From: Bacteroidales bacterium
GTDB lineage: Bacteria > Bacteroidota > Bacteroidia > Bacteroidales > WCHB1-69
Reading direction: 5' to 3'
Length of the DNA stretch: 64,000 bases
Assembly (NCBI GenBank): GCA_024686335.1
Contig: JAILCI010000040.1
Location: 6,585-70,584, forward strand
The translations under genes were made by a program, and so were the position numbers. Below the pieces are notes generated by a model. That model was not told the DNA's origin. It saw nothing but the letters and a program-made list of their open reading frames with translations, and did no database searches. This document shows positions 56,535 through 64,000 of the stretch, one piece after another (within the stretch, counting starts at the first letter, position 1; each line of letters opens with the position of its first letter).

Positions 56535-58595
56535 TCAATTCCCCTGTTTTTTATCTTCCATCTTCTTCTTAACGATCTCCACACTCTCTTTCAAGAACTT
56601 AACGTCGGGATGCTCCTCACCGTATGATACCTTTAGTATGTCCAGTGCTTTCTGAAAATACTCTAAAGCCTTTTGGTATTCTCCCTGATGATAACAGACA
56701 TTACCGATGTTGTTATAACCAGTTGCCACATTGGGGTGATTATCGCCATTTACGGATTTCCATATATCCAATGACTGCTGATAGTATTTCAATGCCTGCT
56801 CGTAATCCCCTTGGATTTTGTACACTCCGCCGATATTGTTGTAATTGGTAGCCACATCGGGATGATTCTCGCCATAGATCGACTTATAGATGACCAACTC
56901 TTTCTGGAAATAGTCCAAAGCCTGAAGATATTCACCCTGCAGATAGCATACCAGACCAATATTATTATAGCTAGTAGCTACATCGGGGTGGTTCTCTCCA
57001 TAAACGGACTTGCTGATTGAGAGGGTTTTCTGATAACAACTCATAGCTTGGGCAAACTCACCCTGAGAATAGTAAACCAGACCGATATTGTTGTAAAGTG
57101 TCGCCACTTCGGGATGCTCTTCGCCATATACTGACTTTCTGATATTCAGCGCCTTTTGATAGTATTCCATGGCTTGATCATATTCCCCTTGCGAGTAGTG
57201 CACCAATCCGATATTATTGTAACATATTGCCACATCGGGATGGTTTTCACCATACAAAGACCTACTGATATTCAAAGCACTCTGAAATTGTTCCAAAGCT
57301 TGTGAATATTCCCCTCGACTATAAAGAACGCCTCCAATATTATTGTGACTTGTTGCAACGTTAGGGTCAATCTCTCCGAATACAGACTTGCTAATTTCCA
57401 AGGATTTTTGATAATATTCCATAGCTTGGGTATACTCGCCCTGAGTTTTATACACAAAACCAATATTATTGTAGCATGTTGCCACATTTGGATGATTATC
57501 GCCATATAACGATTTCATAATCGTCAAAGATTTCTGATAAAAAGCCTTAGAATGTTCATACTCTCCTTGATTTTGGTAAACCCCAGCCAAATTGTTGTAT
57601 GCAGTTGCAACGGCTGGATGGGTCTCACCATTTTGCTTTATTGACTGACGCAGAGCCCGCTGATAAAAAGCAACGGCCTTACCCATATCGGCCATATAAT
57701 CATCAATAAAACTTCCAGCATCCAGTTGCCACTCCACATTGGTCGTGTCCAAACCTGCACGCAACTCCAGATAATAAGCTGCTGAATCATTCTGGAACTG
57801 TGCGGAATATTTCTCGAAATAGCTGTAGCATCGACGTGCGAGTTCCTCTTTATCAACGACATACATCTGCTCTGCCTTCTGCAGTCGTTCTCGCTGTTCT
57901 TGTAAAATTTGAGACTTCTGCTGATGTTCTAACACCTGGGCACGCAAATCTCCTCTTGAGCGGAGCAGAGAGTCTGCTTTCAACAACTCGCCATTCTCAA
58001 TAAAGAAAGAGACTTGGCGATAGAACTCGTCCAGCAGATCGTAGTCGAGACCAGCATAACGCTTGGCCATATCAGCAATGAGTCTCTCGTTATTCTCCTG
58101 TTCAGCATAGAGTGCTTGTAAAGCCTGGTGATAGGCATCTTCCGTCAACTTGTGGTTTTCAAGAAGCGAGTCTATCTCCCTTTCCCTTTGCTGAAGCTGG
58201 GCTTGCAGGTTTCTCCGCAGTTTCCGTTCAGATGCCAACTGGTCTGCGAGCTGCTTCTCCGGTGTTTCCATCGTAATCACCAATGGGGTTGCGGTACACG
58301 AATACTGTTTCTTCAACATATCAGGATCTGAGAGCACATAACCCTGTTTAAGCACATTATTAAGATAGAATTTACCTGCCGGAACTGTCAGTTTGAAATC
58401 GCCATTTGCATCACCCACGGTGGAGTGACCGCCAGATAATTGAATAGCCGCGCTGGGGATACGCTTGCCAGGAACCAATTGTCCTTTACTGTCAATTCTC
58501 CCCTTGGTCTTCACATAGCCTTTCTGGGTAGTCTGCGCAATGCCAAAGGTGGCAAAGAGCAGGATCAAAATAACACATATGTTCCATTTTTTCAT
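56535..58595 (-). CDS. Exported CarboxypepD_reg-like / coiled-coil / TPR (kinesin-light-chain-type, about 8 repeats) protein, paralog 1
   Basis: The signal peptide is MKKWNICVILILLFATFGIAQ. The beta-sandwich segment reads GYVKTKGRIDS...GDANGDFKLTVPAGKFYL. A long Gln/Glu/Arg-rich heptad region follows. After that come repeated 42-aa units of the form HPxVAxxYNNIGxVYxxQGEYxxAxxYYQKxLxI. Confidence 0.85.
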   Translation of the reverse strand: MKKWNICVILILLFATFGIAQTTQKGYVKTKGRIDSKGQLVPGKRIPSAAIQLSGGHSTVGDANGDFKLTVPAGKFYLNNVLKQGYVLSDPDMLKKQYSCTATPLVITMETPEKQLADQLASERKLRRNLQAQLQQREREIDSLLENHKLTEDAYHQALQALYAEQENNERLIADMAKRYAGLDYDLLDEFYRQVSFFIENGELLKADSLLRSRGDLRAQVLEHQQKSQILQEQRERLQKAEQMYVVDKEELARRCYSYFEKYSAQFQNDSAAYYLELRAGLDTTNVEWQLDAGSFIDDYMADMGKAVAFYQRALRQSIKQNGETHPAVATAYNNLAGVYQNQGEYEHSKAFYQKSLTIMKSLYGDNHPNVATCYNNIGFVYKTQGEYTQAMEYYQKSLEISKSVFGEIDPNVATSHNNIGGVLYSRGEYSQALEQFQSALNISRSLYGENHPDVAICYNNIGLVHYSQGEYDQAMEYYQKALNIRKSVYGEEHPEVATLYNNIGLVYYSQGEFAQAMSCYQKTLSISKSVYGENHPDVATSYNNIGLVCYLQGEYLQALDYFQKELVIYKSIYGENHPDVATNYNNIGGVYKIQGDYEQALKYYQQSLDIWKSVNGDNHPNVATGYNNIGNVCYHQGEYQKALEYFQKALDILKVSYGEEHPDVKFLKESVEIVKKKMEDKKQGN
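56570..57610 (-). repeat. About 8 tandem 126-bp coding repeats (TPR units) inside paralog 1
   Basis: GCCACATYGGGRTGRTT... recurs at about 56723, 56850, 56976, 57102 and so on. Confidence 0.8.
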
Positions 58596-58639
58596 AACAT
58601 CTGGTTTTTTAAGGACTACGGACTATCCAACTAAAGATT

Positions 58640-60565
58640 TTATTTTTCTTTTTCCAATTTACGCTTAACCATCTCGACATATCCGCTCACCTCTTGCGTA
58701 ATAGCATGATCATCCCCGTAAAGAGTTTTGCAAATGGATAGCGATTTTTGGAAACACTCCAAAGACTTCGCAAAATCTTTCAATGAAGCATAAGCTGTAC
58801 CAAGATTATTGTAATCCTCCACAACGTCTGGATGATTGTCACCAAAAATTGATTTTCTGATGGTTAACGACTTCAGGAAACACTCCTTTGCACGTTCACT
58901 CTCTCCCTGGTAAAAATGGATATAACCCATGTTGTTATAACTCACTGCAATATTGGGATGTTTTTCACCATAAAAAGACTTCCAAATGGCCAAGGCCTTC
59001 TGATAATAGTCCATCGCCGTGCTGAAATCCTGGGCGGAATAGTAAGCAAATCCGAGGTTGTTATAACTTTCAGCGACAGCGGGATGACTCTCGCCAAAGA
59101 CTGATTTTCTAATCGCTAGTGCCTTCTGATAGCATTCTGTCGCATGGGTCAAATCCGACAAGTAGAAATAAGAACCACCCATATTGTTATAGCATTCTGC
59201 CACCGTTGGATGATTCTCTCCATAGACTAACTTTCGGATTTCCAAAGATTTCTGATAATTCTCCATCGCCTTGGTATATTCACCCATACGTTCATACACA
59301 TAGCCTATATTGATATAACTAGTTGCCACGTCAGGATGATTTTCCTCAAGGAGTTTTTGCTTGATGCCCAATGACTTCAGATGATAATTCAATGCCTGGG
59401 AATAATCCCCTTTTGATGCGTAGAGCGTGCCCAAATTGTTGTAACCAGCAGCCACAGCAGGATGGTTCTCGCCATATTCGGACTCGCTGACACTCAAGGC
59501 TTTCTGATAATTATCCAAGGCTTGATCATACTCTCCTTGGTGGTCATACACATAGCCAAGAGTATTATAACATACGGACAATTTAGAGATGTCTTTATCT
59601 TTTTGTGCTGATGTCAGACGCAAAGCACGCTGTAGATAGACCTTTGCTTTTTCGTAATCAGCCAAATACTCATCGATGTAATCCCCAGCCTCGAGTTGCC
59701 AATCCACATTCGTTGTATCCAGTTCTGCTCGCAACTCCAAGTAATAGGCTGCAGAGTCGTTCATAAACTGAGCAGAGAATTTCTCAAAATAACTATAACA
59801 ACGGCGGGCAAGTTCCTCGTTGTCGGCAGCAAAGACCGTCTCAGCCTGATGCAATTGTTCACGCTGCTCTTGTAAAGCCTGACCCTTGCGCTGTTGTTCC
59901 AGCACCTGTTGACGCACATCTCCTCTTGTACGCAATAGCGAATCAGCCTTTACCAACTCCCCATTCTCGATGCAGAAGGAAACCTGGCGGTAGAATTCGT
60001 CCAACAGGTCGTAATCTATCTCCGTATATCGCTTCGCCATCTCTGAAATCAGCATCTCATTATTTTCTTGTTCAGCATAGAGTTTTTGCAAAGCCAGTCG
60101 ATATTCCTCTTCATTTAGCTTATTAATTTCTTTGAGGGAATCTATCTCCTGTTCCTTTTGCATCAGTTGGCGCTGCAATTGGCGACGTAGCTTTCGTTCT
60201 GCAGCCAATTGATCGTCTGCCTGCTGTTCCCGAGTTTCCATTGAAATCACAAGTGGGTTAGCGGAACATACATACTGTTTCTTCAGCACTTCCGGGTCGG
60301 TAAGTACATAACCTTGCTTCTGAACGTTACTCAGAACAAACTTCTTGTCGGGTACAGTCAGTGTGAAGTTACCATTAGCATCAGCCACAGTAGAGCGACC
60401 TCCAGTGAGTTGGATGGCTGCACCGGCGAGACGCTTGCCAGGTATCAATTGTCCCTGACTGTTCATCCTCCCCTTGGTCTTCACATAACCCTTCTGGGTA
60501 GGCTGGGCGACGGCAAGTATCACTGAAAACACAACTAATATGGTAGTGGCTATAAAGCGTTTCAT
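58640..60565 (-). CDS. Exported CarboxypepD_reg-like / coiled-coil / TPR protein, paralog 2
   Basis: It has the same architecture as paralog 1, and the N-terminal about 300 aa are closely similar (GYVKTKGRMNSQGQLIPGKRL..., LDEFYRQVSF.IENGEL.KADSLLR.RGD). It has about 7 TPR units. Confidence 0.85.
   Translation of the reverse strand: MKRFIATTILVVFSVILAVAQPTQKGYVKTKGRMNSQGQLIPGKRLAGAAIQLTGGRSTVADANGNFTLTVPDKKFVLSNVQKQGYVLTDPEVLKKQYVCSANPLVISMETREQQADDQLAAERKLRRQLQRQLMQKEQEIDSLKEINKLNEEEYRLALQKLYAEQENNEMLISEMAKRYTEIDYDLLDEFYRQVSFCIENGELVKADSLLRTRGDVRQQVLEQQRKGQALQEQREQLHQAETVFAADNEELARRCYSYFEKFSAQFMNDSAAYYLELRAELDTTNVDWQLEAGDYIDEYLADYEKAKVYLQRALRLTSAQKDKDISKLSVCYNTLGYVYDHQGEYDQALDNYQKALSVSESEYGENHPAVAAGYNNLGTLYASKGDYSQALNYHLKSLGIKQKLLEENHPDVATSYINIGYVYERMGEYTKAMENYQKSLEIRKLVYGENHPTVAECYNNMGGSYFYLSDLTHATECYQKALAIRKSVFGESHPAVAESYNNLGFAYYSAQDFSTAMDYYQKALAIWKSFYGEKHPNIAVSYNNMGYIHFYQGESERAKECFLKSLTIRKSIFGDNHPDVVEDYNNLGTAYASLKDFAKSLECFQKSLSICKTLYGDDHAITQEVSGYVEMVKRKLEKEK
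58690..59615 (-). repeat. About 7 tandem 126-bp coding repeats (TPR units) inside paralog 2
   Basis: It shows the same periodic HP(D/A/N)VA..YNN.G motif at the DNA and protein levels. Confidence 0.75.
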
Positions 60566-60603
60566 AACTACAGATAAAATATTGATAATTCTTTTACGAT
60601 AAA

Positions 60604-61743
60604 TTACTGCTTAAAGATACAATAGCTATCCCCACATGGCATATATACGCTATCCTCATGCAGAGGAATAGAAGCGGAAAGCGGATAGGTCTTCCGCTGA
60701 GATTCCAACGGAACAGACAGTTTTACCAGTCCCGTTTCATCTGAGCGCACTGTTTTCCCATCTACGACAACATCTATATCTGAAAGAAAAGTCTCAGTCT
60801 GCGGATCATAAAGTCGAAAACGAATATCTCCGTATGTAGCAGGATCACGGGCAACATCAACTATTGTGTTCTTGGTTAAAATCAACGTTGTATCGGTAGG
60901 CAGAAAATCGCGACAGGTAACAGTAATCCGCACGGGGTGGTTCAAATATTTTGAGGGGATATTATGAAAAAGCACCTCCTCTTCCATTGCACGGAGTGTG
61001 TCCGTTTCCGTCTTGTTGTCAAGCGCCAAAGAGACCACGGCATCACGCAATACGGGCAAATTCTCATTATGAACCGAAATCTCGTTTACACGCAGAGAAA
61101 TATCCACAGGCTGGCTTTTTTGCCACACTGCAATCAAAGCTGCCAAGACTGCCACGCAGCCGACCGTCCATGCGACAGTCTTGCGGATAAGCAGACGACG
61201 ATGACGTTTCCATATTGTGTCAAACTCCACATCCAGCAATTTGGATATGAGCTGCACATAGGCTCGCTCACGGTTCATCAAAGGCAAGCGATAGATATTT
61301 TCATGTATATTAGCTCCAAGAATCTCCGGCAAGCCTAATGTTTTGACAACAGGGTTGAAGCATTCCGTGTCGGGGTTTCCGCTATTGGGTTCTCCATCCA
61401 CAATGAAAAAGTGGATATTCTGCGTTCGCCCAATCTGATGGAAAAAGGAGATCTCTCGCCCCACCCACTCCGACTTTGCGGAATGAGGTGAACAAATCAC
61501 AATAAGGTGCTGGGAAGCAAGCAGACGGTCTTGCAGTTCACGAGACAAACCTCCGGGCTGGATATCGGTAGGCGCAAAGAAAATAGGATTGATAGGAGTC
61601 CTCTCCCACCCTCGCTCGCTACACAACGTGGCTGGCATCCGGTAATGCTCCAGTTTCTTCTGCAACCGCTTACCCCACTTGATATCATGGGAGTTATAGC
61701 TGATAAAAGCAAAATATTTGTACTGCTGTTCCATAAGTCTCAT
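60604..61743 (-). CDS. TIR domain - single TM helix - beta-rich ectodomain protein
   Basis: The N-terminal YFAFISYNSHD strand motif is present. SEWVGREISFF places W93-x3-E97 in the position of the TIR catalytic Glu. The TM helix is TVAWTVGCVAVLAALIAVW (about residues 189-207). About 170 aa follow with Ig/CarboxypepD_reg-like strands (VVVDGKTVRSDETGLVKLSVP). The start overlaps the upstream stop as ATGA. Confidence 0.85.
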   Translation of the reverse strand: MRLMEQQYKYFAFISYNSHDIKWGKRLQKKLEHYRMPATLCSERGWERTPINPIFFAPTDIQPGGLSRELQDRLLASQHLIVICSPHSAKSEWVGREISFFHQIGRTQNIHFFIVDGEPNSGNPDTECFNPVVKTLGLPEILGANIHENIYRLPLMNRERAYVQLISKLLDVEFDTIWKRHRRLLIRKTVAWTVGCVAVLAALIAVWQKSQPVDISLRVNEISVHNENLPVLRDAVVSLALDNKTETDTLRAMEEEVLFHNIPSKYLNHPVRITVTCRDFLPTDTTLILTKNTIVDVARDPATYGDIRFRLYDPQTETFLSDIDVVVDGKTVRSDETGLVKLSVPLESQRKTYPLSASIPLHEDSVYMPCGDSYCIFKQ

Positions 61744-62039
61744 TTCTTCTTTCGAGATATTTCAAAACCATTCTTGACGATGAACTTCAACGTCTCAATG
61801 CTAGTATTGCGATCGAAGATTTTCTCCTCTTCAGACAACTGTTCGTATGGGACAAGGCAAGGATGCTTTTTTTCAACGTCATTGCGCTCAGGACCATAGG
61901 TCCAACCTTGAGCAAATCGTGTCGCCGACCAGACTTCATGCACATTCTCTGCCATCAGCTCGGCTAATTCCATCAATTCATCAGACAGTTTCACTTGAGA
62001 AGTGTCTACAGGACTAGGAGTATATCGATTTTCATTCAT
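61740..62039 (-). CDS. Stand-alone RyR (ryanodine-receptor repeat, PF02026-type) domain protein
   Basis: LAELMAENVHEVWSATRFAQGWTYGPERNDVEKKHPCLVPYEQLSEEEKIFDRNTS matches the RyR-domain consensus (HExWa...GW.yG....k.hP.lvpy.eLse.ek..dr). Its 99-aa size matches the small bacterial RyR proteins known from Bacteroides. Confidence 0.85.
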   Translation of the reverse strand: MNENRYTPSPVDTSQVKLSDELMELAELMAENVHEVWSATRFAQGWTYGPERNDVEKKHPCLVPYEQLSEEEKIFDRNTSIETLKFIVKNGFEISRKKK

Positions 62040-62052
62040 CTTACTGAGGATT

Positions 62053-64000
62053 TTATTTCAATGTCATGCGCATTAACCACGGAATATATTTAACTATCTC
62101 GAAATCGAACTGTTGTAAATCGGGAGAGAGATCATTGAAAGGTCTTATTGCATGATGAACATATAACTTCTTATTAGCACTTAATTCTTTTTCAAATTGA
62201 GAATTACAATATAAATCCTCAGACGACTTCGGTTTCCGGAATCCCATGAGCAGTTTCTCCACGTTCCAACGATTATGCTCCACACGACCTAATATCTCTA
62301 TCTCCTTATCCGTAAAAGGATTTTGAAGGATGGATGTACCGTTCGCATCCGAGTCACGCATGGCCTGCAGAGTGTCCAATTTACAGACAATACTGGAAAC
62401 ACAATAGAGATTCGACCACTTTTTAGCGACTGGTAGATTCAACCAATATTTGTTTGCTGCAGACCAAAGATCCTTTTCAGGAATTCCCTCAAGTTCTTTT
62501 GGGCTTTTATAACGGAAAGTGTTATAATCTGCTGTTTCGTAAAGATAATTCAACAATTTAGCCTGATCTATGATTGTCTCGTCCAAGCTATAGGCCATAT
62601 CATCCATGCCAAATGGATAGATATTTGCATATCGATGACCCCGTTTTGCCACATGCAATTTACCTTCATCCACTTTAGCATAGTCATATTCCTTGTCATC
62701 AGCTTTCCTGAGATTGGTAACGAAATCATCGGCCCGATTTTGACGGATAAAGAGCGGTACTGCATTATCGTACACCTCATCAGGCATATTCATCCCCAAA
62801 ATGAAATTTTGCCGCTGGTCAGACATGGCGATAAATACGGAAAGATACTGGTTATCAGTATCTTCAGCCCATTCCTTAATCATGTTCTGGATGTTGGAAT
62901 CGAAGGCATCACCTTTTACAAACTCAAATTCAACGTCCAAAAAATCATTATTGGGTAGATCTTTTGAAACAAGTTTGTCAATTTTCTTCGGCAGGTATTC
63001 AGCATTCTCTCCTGACATATCGGAGAAAAAGTATGGCTGAACCTCAAAGAAATGTCGATTTCGGGTGGTAAAAACCAGCAATTGCTCATCTGCATGTTTG
63101 TCAATAAAGGTTATGCGCGTCCGCAAGGAATTGTCTCTATCAAAGTTCGGGAAATGGAGCAGATGAGCGGCTTCTACTGCTAAGGAAGTAGAGAAATTCG
63201 AAAGGCCAAAAAAGACCAAGTGTACCCTTTTAGTATCTTCATAGACGATTCCATCACCATACACAGAAGGATATGGGATCGCCTCTTTCGGACTGTTTTT
63301 CTCTTTGTAGGAACGACGTACGAGCACCTGGTTGGCCCAATCATCATAGAAATTGTAGGGTACAAATTCAATCCCCAGGCGACAGATCTGCGAGAAAATC
63401 TCTGTTGTTTTAAATGATGAATAGGTATCGAAATCCTCAAAAACGCAAGTTATTCGTCTTGGCTTCGTCTCTGAAGCAGTCTCAGTCAGATATGCATATA
63501 TACTATCCACACTCTCCACGTTAGCAGCATCATGTTCAGGGCGGGTACGGTTACCGACAACGAATATCTCCTTGGCTGCTTCGAGATGAATACTCTTGTA
63601 ACAATCCTTCATGGTGCGATGCCCGTAGGTTATGAAAATCTGGTCCATCTTACCGTGAGCCACAGAACGGAGCAATTTCTCGTTTACGACCTTAGCATCA
63701 AGAGCAGTGAGCAAGAGCACATCCGCTTTCGGATCTTTGGCAAACAATTCCGAAATAATGGAGGGCACCATGTCATCGTAGCCCATGATTATAAAGTGAC
63801 CGCTTTTGAGATATTGAAGCAAACCATTCCGATGAGCCTCCACCCGACGATTGATTGTGTTTGTGATAATACCTATGATAATACCATTAAAGATAATGAG
63901 ACCGAAGAGGTATGAAATTCCGCTTGCTATCAGCAGCCAGCCATGGGTTCCTTCGGCAAGATAGATACAACTATACGCACTGGAATCTATAAGCAGAAAT
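62053..64000 (-). CDS. Membrane protein with two Rossmann-like (RCK/TrkA-N-like) segments and a C-terminal RyR-like module; the 5' end is outside the window
   Basis: The frame is open upstream of the track's GTG at 63843, all the way to the window edge. My translation there is FLLIDSSAYSCIYLAEGTHGWLLIASGISYLFGLIIFNGIIIGIITNTINRRVEAHRNG, which contains a TM helix. The Rossmann-like segments are HFIIMGYDDMVPSIISEL and VHLVFFGLSNFSTSLAVEAAHLL. The C-terminus reads LGRVEHNRWNVEKLLMGF...HHAIRPFNDLSPDLQQFDFEIV. Confidence 0.7.
   Translation of the reverse strand, partial: FLLIDSSAYSCIYLAEGTHGWLLIASGISYLFGLIIFNGIIIGIITNTINRRVEAHRNGLLQYLKSGHFIIMGYDDMVPSIISELFAKDPKADVLLLTALDAKVVNEKLLRSVAHGKMDQIFITYGHRTMKDCYKSIHLEAAKEIFVVGNRTRPEHDAANVESVDSIYAYLTETASETKPRRITCVFEDFDTYSSFKTTEIFSQICRLGIEFVPYNFYDDWANQVLVRRSYKEKNSPKEAIPYPSVYGDGIVYEDTKRVHLVFFGLSNFSTSLAVEAAHLLHFPNFDRDNSLRTRITFIDKHADEQLLVFTTRNRHFFEVQPYFFSDMSGENAEYLPKKIDKLVSKDLPNNDFLDVEFEFVKGDAFDSNIQNMIKEWAEDTDNQYLSVFIAMSDQRQNFILGMNMPDEVYDNAVPLFIRQNRADDFVTNLRKADDKEYDYAKVDEGKLHVAKRGHRYANIYPFGMDDMAYSLDETIIDQAKLLNYLYETADYNTFRYKSPKELEGIPEKDLWSAANKYWLNLPVAKKWSNLYCVSSIVCKLDTLQAMRDSDANGTSILQNPFTDKEIEILGRVEHNRWNVEKLLMGFRKPKSSEDLYCNSQFEKELSANKKLYVHHAIRPFNDLSPDLQQFDFEIVKYIPWLMRMTLK

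Noticed and set aside
56535-60565. The TPR proteins as STAND (NB-ARC/NACHT) NTPases
   Set aside because: There is no Walker A/B motif anywhere in either protein. The N-termini are signal peptides followed by a beta-sandwich and a coiled-coil, so these are exported scaffold or sensor proteins and not NTPases.

Overview
This window looks like a chromosomal segment of a Bacteroidales genome. Gene content, TAnnTTTG promoter boxes, lipoprotein signals and the style of the GC-rich intergenic palindromes suggest Prevotellaceae, but that is inference only. Most of the window is housekeeping. It holds a phosphate-acquisition locus (a partial PiT transporter divergent from porin-pstSCAB), pyrF-pyrK-pyrD-cdd, a GH97 alpha-glucosidase, a BatD-like pair and RNase HI. 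It also holds galE, lepB-dapB, parA-parB-DUF3276-yidC, malic enzyme, mfd, a TonB-dependent-type outer-membrane protein and a MATE exporter. Every gene from about 22.7 to 52.1 kb is on the minus strand. Several parts are irregular or accessory. There is an AT-rich ORFan islet with a multiply frameshifted gene remnant (7.2-9.4 kb) and a LOG-family gene interrupted by an in-frame TAG. A visibly GC-rich FGE-type lipoprotein gene and a sigma-factor remnant lie next to tRNA-Lys(CTT). Simple-sequence repeats abut the promoter of a large membrane protein gene. The most interesting locus is at the right edge (56.5-64.0 kb). It is a tightly packed five-gene minus-strand cluster encoding a membrane Rossmann-like/RyR protein (5' end outside the window), a stand-alone RyR-domain protein, a TIR-TM-ectodomain protein with an intact catalytic-Glu motif, and two exported CarboxypepD_reg/coiled-coil/TPR paralogs. 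I do not recognise this TIR-RyR combination as any named defence or signalling system. All calls rest on reading the translations and the DNA by eye; no searches were run. Coordinates I derived myself (hairpins, repeats, revised starts) may be off by 1-2 nt.
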